A DNA stretch of 63,930 nucleotides, counting the filler, from Trypethelium eluteriae (taxonomy: Eukaryota), in assembly GCA_051942245.1 (NCBI GenBank). It is 3 parts of 3 records of this genome, joined end to end, with 100 filler letters (N's around TTAATTAATTAA, not from the genome) between each part and the next. Parts side by side here need not be neighbours in the genome. Positions count along the whole stretch, not along the records: positions 1 to 21,766 come from JAVECL010000462.1; 2 more parts are not named here. One strand, written 5' to 3'. The stretch's first letter is position 1. Every line of letters starts with the position of its first letter. The position numbers and the translations under genes are program-made. The notes under the pieces were generated by a model. The model ran no database searches. It was not told where the DNA came from and worked only from the letters and a program-made list of their open reading frames with translations. Of the stretch, positions 1 through 12,165 are shown piece by piece.

Positions 1-641
1 CCCCACCGCATCCCCATCCCTCAACCTCCTCAGCATCGCCACATGCTCCCGCTCACTCCTCGGCTTCTCCAGGATCATCCCGCTGGCCGAGACGACGACC
101 GTGTCGGCCGCAAGCACGAGCGCCGGCTCCCCCTTCGCCTCGTTGTTGATCTCCTGCGCATACACCGCCTGCGCCTTGCGCGTCGCCGTCTGCAGCACGT
201 ATTCGAAGGGGGCGAGCGTGTGCGGCAGGTCTTCGGGGAGCGGCGAGGGGATGGTCTCGAGTTGGGTGAGGCCGATCTGGGGGGTAGAGCGCAGTTGTGT
301 TAGGGCGAGAGAATGAGGTTGGGGGTGGAGGAAGAGAGGTGCGGAGGAAGGAGGAGGAGAAGGAAGAGGAGGAAGGAGGGAAGGTGGAGGGGCTAAGGTA
401 CCTGTGCGAGGAGCTGTTTTCGGCGGGGAGAGGCGGAAGCGAGGACGAGGCGTTTGCCGCGGAGCATGCTGAGGGCGGGCAGCTCGAGGGGGAGAGGCGG
501 TCGGGGGATTGGAGGGCCGCGAGATGGTAGTGAAGCACTGATTGTAGAGGGAGTAGGTTGGGCCGATGCGGTTGTGTAGGACGGTGGAGGATCTGACGGT
601 GAGGGCTCTGACGGCGCGGGAGTATATTTGACGTCGACCAT
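1..641 (-). CDS. Maf/ASMTL-like nucleoside triphosphate pyrophosphatase (5' part; runs off the window start)
   Basis: Exon 641-402 ends ...KRLVLASASPRRKQLLAQ (Maf N-terminal signature). GT-AG intron 401-277. The next exon reads IGLTQLETIPS...VLAADTVVV...ILEKPRSE (Maf ADT and EKP motifs). Confidence 0.9.
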
Positions 642-1560
642 GGTTAAAAGCCTAAATCTGGCCAGGGACTTGAAACTTCAACATGCAATTGAATGTGGGG
701 GCTGTGAGGAAGGAGGTTGTTTTCGACTCCAAAAAGTTAATAGAAGCGTGAAGCCGCCAAGAGTGACGTGATGTACAGTGCAGGGGTACCTGGTCTCCCG
801 CACTTATCTCTTGTCATCTTCATCAATCTCCCTCAGGTACCTACACCCTCCCGTACCTCCCATGCCTCCCTAAGAAACCTCTTATCCATACTATATTGTG
901 CTAATGTTCTACGGCGATGCTAACATTAGCTAGATGTTTTAGATGACAAAAGTTCCTCAATGTAAATGCCTATGCTCTACACTAAAAAAGCACGTTTACC
1001 ACTAAGCTTTGGTAGATGCTCCTTGTTTCGGCAAAATCCCGTTTCTTGGTCCCGGGAATTTCAATTTAATCCTATTTCCTATTGTCTTCAATTGCTTTAG
1101 CCTTGATTTTCTCGACGGTACTGCTAAGATTGCTTACTCCATGCAAATAGTTGAACGAGCTTCCCACGTTCCAGACTAAATCCATGCGGTGACCGAGTTT
1201 ATTGTCCTTGAGATGGCCAGGGTCCGTGCGGCTTGCCTTATCCTTTGACAGTGCGGCGCTCTTGGGGATGAGATATTGAAGCGACTGCATGCCCGCCTTC
1301 ATTGACGAGTCGATACTGGACAGGCGAGTTGAGAGGATGATGCAATCGAGAAGTTGAATAGCGCCGATGCTCATCATGTGGACTAAGCCAACCGCCAGAG
1401 ACGGTGCACGACCAGCAACGTAAAATTCATCATGCCATGTCATTTTGATGACATCTTTACTCCTCTAACTACCTCGGTAGCTTCGATGTTTTCGCGAAGA
1501 TTTCACAGCAGTGACTTTGGTTATATCTGCTTGAAAAGTCGCTATGGCTCTTTTCGCTGA

Positions 1561-2768
1561 TCAAGAGGTCACTAACTCATGTACAACATGTGGTACTGGG
1601 AGCTCGTGATGTATTTCTCGCTCTGGCCCAAGTTCGTGATACACCTCTGGCTCAAGCTCATAGCGCTCCTCTGGTCCAAGCTCGCGGAGTTGGCTTGAGG
1701 CAGACAATTCTGTAGGTCCTGTAGATTTGAAAGCCATTTTTGGTGCAGTGGACGCATCGAGTTCGGGTTTATCATAATAGTGCGAGGAAGAGTTTTTGCT
1801 TAATCTTCGTTTTTTCCGAATGAAAATCATGGCAAGTATAACCACAAGTACAAAAACAACGATAGGAGTAACTACTCCAATTGCTATTTTCGTACCTGTT
1901 GGGAGACCTCGATTTGGTGGCGTAGGGGTCGATGTATGTGTAATCTGGACTAAGCTCGTTGACCCACTCGTAGCTGACGTAGATGTTGCGTCCGAAGTTG
2001 TGGTGGGTGGTGGTCGATCTGAAGCTTTCCAATTGAGTTGTATCATTGGTGCAAGTACTGTAATATCTGAGAAAGTCTGGCTCTGAATTACGACACTGGA
2101 CACGACCGGAGTTTCTGGATTATCGGGATAAGAAAAATTGGTCCACGTGGATGTGGAGGTTCGAGGAAGAATCTCAGTTGTGACTTCCGTAAACCCCCCC
2201 TGGGTGCAAGCACGGGTCGTGATAGTATGCGGGGCACCTGTTGAACGGCATAATTGTATAGGTGCTTGATTTCCGAATGAGGACGTGGTCATAAAGCAGT
2301 CATATCCACTACGCAAAAGGGAAGATACTATTAGTATCCACCATAGTATCTTTAAGAAGGATAGTCGATGTACCTTGGACAACATCCCGCCGCAGTCTCA
2401 CTAGCTAACAGCGGGAACTGGAACTGGAAGCCCTCGACGCTTGTGAATGCGAGCGCGGACTCAGATTTTGCTGCAACGGCTGAGCAAGCCGAAGTGTATC
2501 CACTTGGACATGATAGTCCTGGGGAATAGAGACCCCAACCCCCAGAACTGACCTGAGCCGTCGCTTCAGTCGTCATAGACGGCCAACAACCCACATCATC
2601 GACCATTTGAGGCGCCAGTCCGTAGGCACAAGAAGCAGCACGGACCGCAACCGTTGGAAAAAGGACTGTAAATGACACATCAAGGGATCTGAAGAGAGAG
2701 GAGCAACTAGGAGGTGGTGTAAATGTTGTCGTCAATGGACCAAGAACAGTCCTACTGGCCAACGACAT
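1561..2768 (-). CDS. Mid2/SKG6-like single-pass membrane protein (Cys-containing ectodomain, S/T-rich stalk)
   Basis: Reads MSLASRTVLGPLTTTFTPPPSC...YSPGLSCPSGY...GCCP, then intron 2373-2309, then SGYDC...APMIQLNWKASD. An S/T stalk leads to TM helix KIAIGVVTPIVVFVLVVILAMIF followed by RKKRR, and a tail with PELDA and repeated HEL motifs. Confidence 0.8.
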
Positions 2769-3885
2769 GATCGTCTTCCTGTATGAGTGTAAAGAAATAC
2801 AGTAAAAGAAAAGGAAAGCAAAGCGCATTTCAAAGTTTCGAAGCCTCATTCTGCGCGGCTGCCAGCCCCCACGCAAGATAGTTCCACTAGCAGCGAATGT
2901 GCATGGACAGGATTTGCTTGCTGCGGCTCTGGCCTTTTGGCGGCTCTTGCCTTCTTGCATGCTGCCTTTATGGCCTGGTTATACTTGCCCTGTTTCCAAA
3001 TGGCCGACTTGATACAGTGCTTCCGCCTGGTAGCATGATGCCTCGTCGGACTAGCCGCTGTGCTTCAGATGAGCTACAATCATCTTGACGAACCGAATCG
3101 TAGATAGTAGAGACTAACGACTACCGGCGGCTATTATGAGTTCCAGAACTAAGAAGCCTGGCAGGGCAAAAGGGGTTTCGAGGGACTCATCCTTGCTCTT
3201 TGGGGGCCACTTGTTTTAGAGTACACTGCTATTAGAAATCGGCAATGATCTGAAACGTTGTCTGGATCATCTTCTACTAATTATTGCGATCGTTGTGTAG
3301 TAAACTCACAGGGTGTGAAGGTTTGCAAGGGCGTTATGAGGCCATCCTAAGGCTCTGCCATGGCCACCGTGAGAAGGGACCGAGGAAACTTGTGAGTTGT
3401 GCAAAGTTGGGCAGTGGATTTCAGCTGCTCCAACAGGCTAGTACCGATACGGAAATACCTCTGAAGTGACGTTTTTATTGAGCTCCGTTTTGGTGTGTAT
3501 TAGATGACTTAAGAGTTGAGAAGCGGACATTTTCCATGTCCCAGACGTCTTCTGATAGTGTCATATCTGGAGTTCGCTCATTCTTTGAAATTTTTGACTA
3601 TGCTTTAATTTGTCCTGGTTACGCAGCAACAAAAGCCCCATATTCTGCTCAATTGATCCCGAGACTTTTGCACCTTCGCTGGATGCCCTTGTTGCCTTAT
3701 ACAATACTTAAGCGGGTGAACGCCGCATTCGCTATGCATCAGTGGAGAGAATTTCTTCCAGCAAGCCTCGTGCCATCGCCGTCGTAAACTGAGATACTAT
3801 GTTACAATAATTCGAACCGAAGTTGGCTTCGAGTTCTGTCATGGATAAAAATGATATGCTGGGATAGTGCCGGATCTCGAAAATC

Positions 3886-6800
3886 TCATCCCTTCGTCCT
3901 CACTTTGTACTCTTTCCCCTTTTTCTTCGGCTTATTCACCGGATGTGCCACTGGTATGTTCGAGAGTTCCCAGTCCACAAATCGAAGCATGTAGGTATCC
4001 ACATGGGGCACTTCATCTTCCGCAAGTCTACCGTCCTGCACATCGCCTGCTTCCTCGGCTTGGTGAATGGCATCTCCTGGAGTCGGGGGCACCGAGCTCT
4101 TTGGTGTTGACTTGGCTTGCGTTCCGGGCCCACTCTCTGCGAAGTCTGCGACATCCGTCTGCACCTCTTCCTTCTTGGCATTCTGAGCTGCCTGGACATC
4201 TTCTGTGTCTTCCACGCTCTCCAAGACTTTGCCGACAGTAGCCTCACCACCACCGAAGACTTTGTCCATTGCTGCGCCCGCTTCGTCATCTTCGCCGATC
4301 GCAGCAGCTCCATCGTCAAGCACGTCGCGGTAGCCGAGCTTGTTGAAGTAGTCAGTATTGAATTCGCCCTCTTGGATCACGACGTTATCTAGCATGCGCT
4401 TCTGGTTCGACTTGCGTAGGATATTCGCCTCGATCGTGTATTCCGAGACGAAGCGGTAGATATGCACGTCACGAGTTTGGCCAATACGGTGGCAACGGTC
4501 TTGGCATTGTTTGTCCATCGCAGGGTTCCAGTCGAGGTCGTAGAAGATGACAGTATCAGCGCCAGTTAGATTGATACCAAGACCACCAGAGCGAGAAGAG
4601 AGGATGAATGCGAGAATGCGTTCGTCGCTATTGAAGCGCTCAGTGAGAGCCTGCCGGAGTTCGATGCGTGTAGAGCCGTCAAGTCGAAGATAGCGATGAC
4701 CGTGAATGTTGAGGAATTGCTCGAGGATATCCAGAACTCTAGTCATTTGAGTGAAGATCAGAGCACGATGACCTTCAGCCTGTAGTTTGCGGAGGAGTTT
4801 GTCGAGTTGTTGCAGCTTGCCACAATCGTACTGTAAGAGTCTCTTGTCCGGAAATGCAATGGACATTCGGATGCGTGCTTCGTGGAATGGATCGGACTTC
4901 TTGACAGTATTTAGATTAGCAGCCGTTTGAGCTCCATGACGACCAAGTACAAGAGGAAGAAGATCGTTTGCCACAACAGAAGGTGTGATGCAGCCGAATT
5001 TCTGAATCGTTGACTCCATCTCCTGTGCGCGTCGGTCGAGAGTAGGCATAAGATCATCCAAGAGCTGACACGAATTCAGATAACGTTCGGTTAAAGTGCG
5101 TTTCGGCTCAGGTCGAACTCTGTGTCGAGATGCTTTGGCAAACTCAGCAGCCTTGAAAGATCTAGATCCTTGAAACCTGAAAGAGGAGATACCAAAGGAT
5201 CCAGGCGTATTCAATCTTCCGGACCGCGGGGCAGCAAACTTATCAGGCAAGTGTGAACGCTTGAACGTGAAAATCGCCGTTAAGTCAGTTCCTTGTAAAG
5301 GAATCTTCTTGATGCGGTCGTAAGATACGCGAGCGCAATGCTGCAGATGCGATAGCCTGGACTTTCTTGCCACAGCATTGACATGGAACAGGGCAGACTC
5401 CGTCGCTGAGTCATTCCCCTTTTGTGACTTGGTCAGTCGCTTTTCCTGTCGACCCGCCAAATCTTGAAGAGTTTTCGCAGCGCTGAGGAATTGAGTACGG
5501 AATGCATCTATCCTCGCCAATGATTCGCTTCCGAAAAGTTGCACGTCTACCTTCTCCAAATGGTCAGCATCAAGCAAGCGCTTGCGAACCATGAGTTCCT
5601 TGATTTCGTAGCTCGCCACCACAGATTTAGGCATCGCAAAAGAAGTGACAATTTGGCGGGTCTCGAACAGATCCGGATGGTTGCAGACCTTGCGAAGCGA
5701 CATGAGACAATTAATGATGGACATGTAGTTGCCAGAGGCGAGGGTTTGTTTGGTATCCGCGCGGGACATAAAGCCATCATACAGCTGACGCTGACGTTTG
5801 GATAGGCGGCAGTAGACGACATGTTCGTACTTGGCTGGCATTTGCTTCTCAACTTCAGACTTTAGTCGCCTCAACAGATATGGCCGGAGCATGTGATGTA
5901 GCTTGCCCACGACCTCCTTGGCTCTGGAATCAAGTATGGAATTGCCTTTGTCGAATATTTGTTCTGCTGGCAGTTTGAAGTTTCGTGAAAATTCGTCCAG
6001 TGTTGACATGCCTGCGCCGCCAGGGGTGATGAACCAGAGAAGAGACCATAGCTCAGTCAGGTTATTCTGCAGAGGTGTGCCAGTAAGAAGTAGACGAGCT
6101 CGACTTTTAAACTTAAGCAATACCTGCCACCGCTGCGAATTGAAATTCTTGATATTGTGAGCTTCGTCCAGAATCAAATAATGCCAGCTGCGAATTCGAA
6201 ACGCTTGATGGTCCTGGAGGATCAGTTGGTAGGAGGTGATGACAACGTTGTAACGGTTGGGATCACTCCAACCCTGACGCTTCGCCTTGCGTTCTTCAGC
6301 CGTCCCATAGTAGACGAGAATCTTGAAACCGGGCAAAAACTTTTTGAATTCGACCTCCCAGTTGAGCATTACACTAGTCGGGACTACCACAAGATGCGGA
6401 CCCCAGACTTCGTATTCCGTTGCTAGATGGGCAAGCAAAGAGATGGCTTGTATTGTTTTCCCTAACCCCATCTCGTCAGCCAGAATGCCATTAGTACGAG
6501 CAGCATAAAGCTTGGCAAGCCAATCGAGTCCTTCGTGTTGATATTCGCGCAATGTTCCTCGAAGAAGCGACGATGGTTTCGTAAGGACCTTCGTAGCTGG
6601 CTCGAGGCTCTGTCGCTTACTCTCCGCCGAAGGAACGACCGATGATGCAGAATCGACCTCAGATGGTTTTGCTGTTGCCGAAGTCGCGGGAGACGCAGGA
6701 CTAGTGGCCTCTGCACTGATCATGTCGACTTGTTGAATATCATCTGAGTGAATCTCATGGTGGACGCCATTCATCTGCATTCCTGCTCCTGAAGCAAATG

Positions 6801-9177
6801 CTTGCAGTGAATGTTTTCTTTTCTCAAGCGGAAGTTCTGCAGCCTCCTCCAAGCGTTCTTCGGTCCCTCCAGTCGTGGCAGCATTGAGTTCTTTCTTGGA
6901 CAAAAAACCTAGCAGACCCTTACTGGTCCCCACATCTTCATCTTCATCTTCTTCCGATGACTCTTCCTCCGAATCTTCCTCCTCATCAGAGCTCATATCT
7001 TCATCATCGTCCATGTCGGTAGATTCATCAGAGTCGTCCAGCATAGTTTCATCAACGTCCTCGAGCTCGATATCTCTCATTTCGTACTTGTCGATGTCGT
7101 CGTTGCGTGCACTGGACTTGGCGACCGACCGTGTCGTTTGAGGATTCTTCATAGGATCGATGACGATCTGTGCGGAGCTGGACAGACCGGGATCCTTCTT
7201 TCCAACGTCTTCAATGACATTTGTTGCTCCAGCTAGCTGCTCGATGGTGGGTTCCTGATCAAGGACGGGGCGACCTTCTAACGTAGCCTCAATGTCTACG
7301 TCGGACTCTGCACCGTCATCATCGCGACCGTCTTCTTCATTGTCGTTGTACCCTACAACATCTTCATCGGAGCTGTCCTGATCCTCGACTCCGTCCTCGA
7401 CTTCGACCTCGCCCACTTCACCATCTTCGTGTTCGCTTGACTCCACCTCCGGTTCTACAGTCTGTCTTAGAGACTTGGAAGACTCTAAAAGCTTTGCGTA
7501 CTTCCGTCTCAGCTGTTCGGCAGAAAGTTGATCGTCCTCTTCTTCATCAACATTATCATTATCCAGAGAGACCGCTTTTCCGTAAGTACCGAGCTCGCCT
7601 GGCTTACGTTGACGCGGAGACGTAGTGTCATCGGGAATTGCCTGCCACTCTGCTTCCCCGGACTTCTCGTTATCGATGTCATCATTATCTTCTGACTGCT
7701 CGTCTTCTCCAGACTCCGTCATGTCATCCTCATCGGAGGACCCTGACACGTTTCTCAGCCTTCGATGATCAAGTAATTTGGTAGAGTGGTCGAGAATCTG
7801 ATCAAGGTTCTCATTCGCCAGTTTCTGCTGCTCCTCTTCCCATCGTAACCGTCTCTCCTTGTTGATTTCCGACGCAACCAACAGCCATTTCTGCTGAAGA
7901 TCCCTCATAAGCTGCTTGTAGATGAGCAGATTCACACTTCTCTGTTCTTGAATAATCTCCTCCTCTGTCTTTGGTTGCTTGGCTTTCCACACAGCTGCCG
8001 CGGCATACGCTAGTCTCTTGGCGGCGGCCTTATGTTCCCTGCGCTCTTTTTTCAATAACGCTTGGAAATTAACGGCGTGGGCAATGACATAATCGAAGTG
8101 GCCAGATCGCCTCACTGGCTCATCTTGAGCTTCTGGCGCATAGACGGAGCATTTCTCTTTGCTCAAGAGACCTCCAGGCTGAGCAGCTTCGAGGATATCT
8201 AGCCTGCTTTTTGCCTCCCTCTTGACCCATCTTTCCGTAGCCTTTTCGTCTCCGATCCAAGCGTCTTCTGGGTCATGGCCAGTCTTTGTTGTGGCCTGAA
8301 GCCAGTCCTCGAGCGTTTCATACTTCTTGCGTGGAGGCATTCCGCCAGGGTGAAGGATAGGCACAGCCGGAGTTCGGATCTTTAGTCTTAATCTATAAAC
8401 CTGTGGCGGTGAAACTGGTTTAACAGAAGTATTAGAGGGACCTGCGAGTGTGTTGGAGATATTGGAATTGTTCTGCTGTTTGGCGACTCTGCCCGAGTGA
8501 CGACGCGGCGCTGGTGTTGGTGAAGGCGCTCTTTCCACTCTAGCTCGCTTGAAGCGACGATCCTCTTGGCCATCGGATCGGACCTTCACAGGTGAACTCG
8601 AGTTTGCGTGGCTGCGCTTAGGGTCGGGATAAGTCGAACCCCTCTTCGCTGGGGAAGCGACAGTGGCTGGGGAGGTGCCTGCCGAAAGTGGACCTTTGCT
8701 AGTAGCATTGCGCACAGCTGGATTGGGTTGTGGATTTTGCTTAGAACCCGAGCGCTGTTGTTGTTGAAGCTTTTCGGCAACCGACTTTTGTTGCGCAAGC
8801 CTCGTCTGCCGCTTTTTCCCTTGTGGCTGCAAATCGATTGGCACAACATTCACTCTTGATGATTTTCTCCTTCCATCTTCCACAAAGCTTGACGGTCCCT
8901 CGGCAGCGACCTTCTTCCAAGGCGGAGAAACGGCTCGTGAAGCTGATCGCGGCCTGTCGTCAGACTCGAAGAGTTTGCGCTTCTTAATCTGTGAGGCCGC
9001 AAGCTCAGGCTGGCTTGGTTCAACAAGTCCATTTTGTCCGTTGTCACTTGAAATTATTGCAGTCTCAGTAGTGTCGCTTATGAGATGGTCCGTTGTAGCT
9101 CTATCCTGAGCCTCGTCGGTGGTGGGCGGGTTGAGGTCATGGTTGCTGTCTCCTTCAGGGCGGTCGCCGCCGTTCAT
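3886..9177 (-). CDS. SWR1: SWR1 chromatin-remodelling ATPase (Snf2 family, H2A.Z deposition)
   Basis: 1763-aa ORF with an HSA-like region and acidic tract. Motifs GILADEMGLGKT, LILDEAHNIKN, LLLTGTPLQN, split-ATPase insertion, LLQYDCGKLQ and QCQDRCHRIGQTRDV. Confidence 0.96.
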   Translation of the reverse strand: MNGGDRPEGDSNHDLNPPTTDEAQDRATTDHLISDTTETAIISSDNGQNGLVEPSQPELAASQIKKRKLFESDDRPRSASRAVSPPWKKVAAEGPSSFVEDGRRKSSRVNVVPIDLQPQGKKRQTRLAQQKSVAEKLQQQQRSGSKQNPQPNPAVRNATSKGPLSAGTSPATVASPAKRGSTYPDPKRSHANSSSPVKVRSDGQEDRRFKRARVERAPSPTPAPRRHSGRVAKQQNNSNISNTLAGPSNTSVKPVSPPQVYRLRLKIRTPAVPILHPGGMPPRKKYETLEDWLQATTKTGHDPEDAWIGDEKATERWVKREAKSRLDILEAAQPGGLLSKEKCSVYAPEAQDEPVRRSGHFDYVIAHAVNFQALLKKERREHKAAAKRLAYAAAAVWKAKQPKTEEEIIQEQRSVNLLIYKQLMRDLQQKWLLVASEINKERRLRWEEEQQKLANENLDQILDHSTKLLDHRRLRNVSGSSDEDDMTESGEDEQSEDNDDIDNEKSGEAEWQAIPDDTTSPRQRKPGELGTYGKAVSLDNDNVDEEEDDQLSAEQLRRKYAKLLESSKSLRQTVEPEVESSEHEDGEVGEVEVEDGVEDQDSSDEDVVGYNDNEEDGRDDDGAESDVDIEATLEGRPVLDQEPTIEQLAGATNVIEDVGKKDPGLSSSAQIVIDPMKNPQTTRSVAKSSARNDDIDKYEMRDIELEDVDETMLDDSDESTDMDDDEDMSSDEEEDSEEESSEEDEDEDVGTSKGLLGFLSKKELNAATTGGTEERLEEAAELPLEKRKHSLQAFASGAGMQMNGVHHEIHSDDIQQVDMISAEATSPASPATSATAKPSEVDSASSVVPSAESKRQSLEPATKVLTKPSSLLRGTLREYQHEGLDWLAKLYAARTNGILADEMGLGKTIQAISLLAHLATEYEVWGPHLVVVPTSVMLNWEVEFKKFLPGFKILVYYGTAEERKAKRQGWSDPNRYNVVITSYQLILQDHQAFRIRSWHYLILDEAHNIKNFNSQRWQVLLKFKSRARLLLTGTPLQNNLTELWSLLWFITPGGAGMSTLDEFSRNFKLPAEQIFDKGNSILDSRAKEVVGKLHHMLRPYLLRRLKSEVEKQMPAKYEHVVYCRLSKRQRQLYDGFMSRADTKQTLASGNYMSIINCLMSLRKVCNHPDLFETRQIVTSFAMPKSVVASYEIKELMVRKRLLDADHLEKVDVQLFGSESLARIDAFRTQFLSAAKTLQDLAGRQEKRLTKSQKGNDSATESALFHVNAVARKSRLSHLQHCARVSYDRIKKIPLQGTDLTAIFTFKRSHLPDKFAAPRSGRLNTPGSFGISSFRFQGSRSFKAAEFAKASRHRVRPEPKRTLTERYLNSCQLLDDLMPTLDRRAQEMESTIQKFGCITPSVVANDLLPLVLGRHGAQTAANLNTVKKSDPFHEARIRMSIAFPDKRLLQYDCGKLQQLDKLLRKLQAEGHRALIFTQMTRVLDILEQFLNIHGHRYLRLDGSTRIELRQALTERFNSDERILAFILSSRSGGLGINLTGADTVIFYDLDWNPAMDKQCQDRCHRIGQTRDVHIYRFVSEYTIEANILRKSNQKRMLDNVVIQEGEFNTDYFNKLGYRDVLDDGAAAIGEDDEAGAAMDKVFGGGEATVGKVLESVEDTEDVQAAQNAKKEEVQTDVADFAESGPGTQAKSTPKSSVPPTPGDAIHQAEEAGDVQDGRLAEDEVPHVDTYMLRFVDWELSNIPVAHPVNKPKKKGKEYKVRTKG

Positions 9178-9555
9178 AGCAGCAGAATCCAGGGCGAAGG
9201 CCTCCTCACGTCAAGCCAACCCCAGCGGCGCACACCAACTCAACACGAGATATGACAAAAGTAGTGTCCAATGAAAGCTACGATCGAGCTGAGTTCACTA
9301 CCGTGGTCGTACATGAGTTATCGGTCGATTTGCGGGCGTGAGGACGTCTTGAAGTTGGAACGCGGAAGGTTCAATAGTAGAGCGGATTTTCGTGGTGACT
9401 GGCGAGATTAAGCCATCCGCACGTGATTTGGCGAGGAACGCCGGCCCGCTCCTCCACCATTCCTGAATCTGACTTGATGACATTGCAGCATAAAGTGACG
9501 AAGGTATGCATTTGCGTGTCGGGTGTGTTACCTGACTGATTCTCACGCTGCCCAG

Positions 9556-10133
9556 ATGTTATATCGAGCATCTAGAGTCGTGAGGCCATTGAGCCGCTCT
9601 TTCCGACCTATTACAAGACCGACGACCTCCATTCTCCGGCCGCAGGTACGGTATGCATCTCAAGCCGACGTTGAAGATCCAGAGATGGTAAGCGCATTCT
9701 ATCATACTTTCGAGCTCTGAGTTGACGTTCTACAGAATGGCGGCTACTACAATCCTCCACCGATAAAGCGACAACACCGCGATCCTTACGCCAATTGGTG
9801 GGACAAGCAGGAGCGTCGTAATTTCAACGAACCAGTGCATGAAGACAATGATATTCTCGGCGTGTTCTCGACGGAAGACTACTCTCATTTTACGCCTGCT
9901 TGGGGTGCGGTATTATTTGGTACATTTGTGGGAAGCGTCCTCGTACTTTTAGGTGTGGTGTACCAATTCTACCCGGACAAGCCTACTACACCCCGGACAT
10001 TCCCTGGAGGTTTAGAGAGAGAACTTGGGGGCCCGCACACAGTCACTGTGAGTATCAAATCTAAAGGAAATAGTTTAATTCGTGGGTTAACGATTGAAAC
10101 GCTTAGGCCCCAAAAGACGAAGATGAGGCATAG
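9556..10133 (+). CDS. Mitochondrial complex I subunit NDUFB8/ASHI-like
   Basis: Arg-rich presequence MLYRASRVVRPLSRSF. Exons 9556-9687, 9736-10047 and 10107-10133 with GT-AG introns. Motifs RDPYANWWDKQERRNFNEPVHEDNDILGVFS, one TM helix and PRTFPGGLERELGG. Confidence 0.88.
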
Positions 10134-10407
10134 CAAGCTATACTCTCACTGGGTCTTCCATCAAGCGGCTAGCGTGGGTGGAAGAAACACTGTATATAAT
10201 CAATTATGCGAGGCGTTACAGTGAAAAAAACAATCGATTGCACTCTAACACACAACCATTTGCTATTCGTTCCCTATCGTTGAAATGGCCATGAAAATTA
10301 TTACTAACGGTGCACCAGCGATGTTCTCTGATGCTAAGGTTTGAGTAATACATACAGATACGTCAGTGAAGAATAAGAGAGGGTATTGCGATGTTCCACA
10401 GGCATTT

Positions 10408-12165
10408 CTAGCCACCCTTTTCTTCGGGGAACCCAGACTGTCCTTCAGGAACTGGCGGTGGCGCGTAATCCCTTCTGGGGCCGTCAATCGGGGGCAAGTC
10501 TTGGGCAATGACATCTTCGTAGCTTGGTGGAGCATCCTCGTATTGGGTTTCAACGGGCTGACCAAGACTTGACGCTGTGGACGGCGACGTTGTGTTTGTA
10601 CCCTCCCCTCCGGCTGCTGATTTCCTTGCGACTCTTGCTGGACGATTGTCGTGATCGGAATCTTGCATTGCATCAAGCAGAGCTTGCGGGGGAGCGATGC
10701 CTGAATATACCGTCACTGGGATTCTCAATGGCAGAACGACGGTCTGAGGCTAATCGAACTGTCAGCCCGACTTCTGATTGAGACAGATAATGGGAAATAT
10801 CCATACCCTATGATCTTTAGCGGATCCGCAACTCAGCCCAATTCGAATCTCAATCTCGTAGGTCCTCGCGAGGTTGCAAGTCTCAAAACTAGGTGCCACG
10901 GTGTTCGGCAAAGGTCTTTGGTCCCAATACTCTCGATTCAATGGTATCTCGCTCCCAACGACATCAGAAGCATTCCCAATAGGGATGCCCATGTTACTCA
11001 TGCTCATGATGAGCCATGATGTAGATTCCTTACGCCCTATCTCATGTGCTCTGACGTGAGTATATCCACTCAGCTCAATTTGCAGACTCTGTAAAAATAA
11101 GTGCTCGCTGAATTTGTTTATACGCGTGACCAGAACACGTAGAGGCACATCTTCATTACACGTCAAGACAGGTGGATTAGGAAGACGCGCGTCGACACGA
11201 ACTTGAGGGATTTCTTGCACGGCGGATGAGTCAATGGAGTCTGAGCCTTTCCTCCCACCGACCGCTCTCGTGGTTTGACTGAATTGGAAGGTTCGTCGTG
11301 CATAAGTCTCCGCGCTGCTTGGTCGTCTCCTTGGGGGTTCTATGGGAAGGAAAGAAAACGGAACGATCTAGGTATGGCCAACGAAGGTTAGTACTGCTAA
11401 TCAGCATCTTCGATCTGATCCTTCGAAAACACTTTATAGTAACTTTTCCTTCTTTCAAGTAGCAATGACCGAGACTTTTTAAACGAGAAGACTTACAGCA
11501 CGCGCATTCTGTTGAAAGAATTGAGGCCTCGCTACTGTGACCTTAACAAAGTACCGTATGTCCGCTTCTCCAGGAAACCCTGTTAGATTCGGAGGTAGCG
11601 TTTGCTTAACATGTCGTGACGGTTGTCTTGCCACTTCTAATCGAAGCCCAGAAAGGGAAAGGTTCGGGTTTGTATTAGTGTTCGCATTGCACACGTTGTT
11701 GAACGGAATCTAGATTGCAGGATTAGCGTAATCCAGACAATAAAGGCATCTACTGACCTTGAAAGAAAATGGCCACTCATGCTGTCCTGTGCCAAGAATT
11801 CCAGCATAGCCGCTCGGTCGCTGTCCCTCAGCTCCTGATGGTGAATAAATTTGTTTGGTTTTGTATAATATCTACCAGTCATGGTCAGCTCTACGGACTA
11901 CAGTTTTGTTGCCGTATATCAAAAAAAAAAAAAGCCAGAAGAAGCTTCGCAGATGTACCTTGTGAATTTCAAGTTCAGGCCTGGGCCTTTCTCGCCGATC
12001 ATCTCTTGGTGGAGCTAAAAGCCGTGTTCGGGATTCACCTTCAAGCTTTACAACAATGGATTGGACGTTCACAGGGTTCCTGAGCTGCAAAGTGACTCTT
12101 CCAGTGATGACATCAAGATTTGTGAAAACCTCGTTCGGCTTGTCTAATTTAATTTGGACGTTCAT
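10408..12165 (-). CDS. Alpha-arrestin (arrestin-related trafficking adaptor), multi-exon
   Basis: N-terminus FTNLDVITGRV...IVVKLEGESRT, internal LPP...IRYFVKVTVARP and PSFETCNLARTYEIEIRIGL, C-terminal PPSY motif. ORF pieces are separated by GT-AG introns; internal boundaries are approximate. Confidence 0.85.

Noticed and set aside
1072..1443. 123-aa minus-strand ORF
   Set aside because: No recognisable motif or splice support; it could be a gene remnant but cannot be supported.
1590..1690. Roughly 24-bp repeats encoding ELGPE/HEL units
   Set aside because: An ordinary cytoplasmic-tail repeat for this protein type; no spacer structure, so not CRISPR-like.
6900..7750. Acidic low-complexity tracts and antisense poly-Ser ORFs in SWR1
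   Set aside because: Normal D/E-rich linker of fungal Swr1; the antisense ORFs are shadows.
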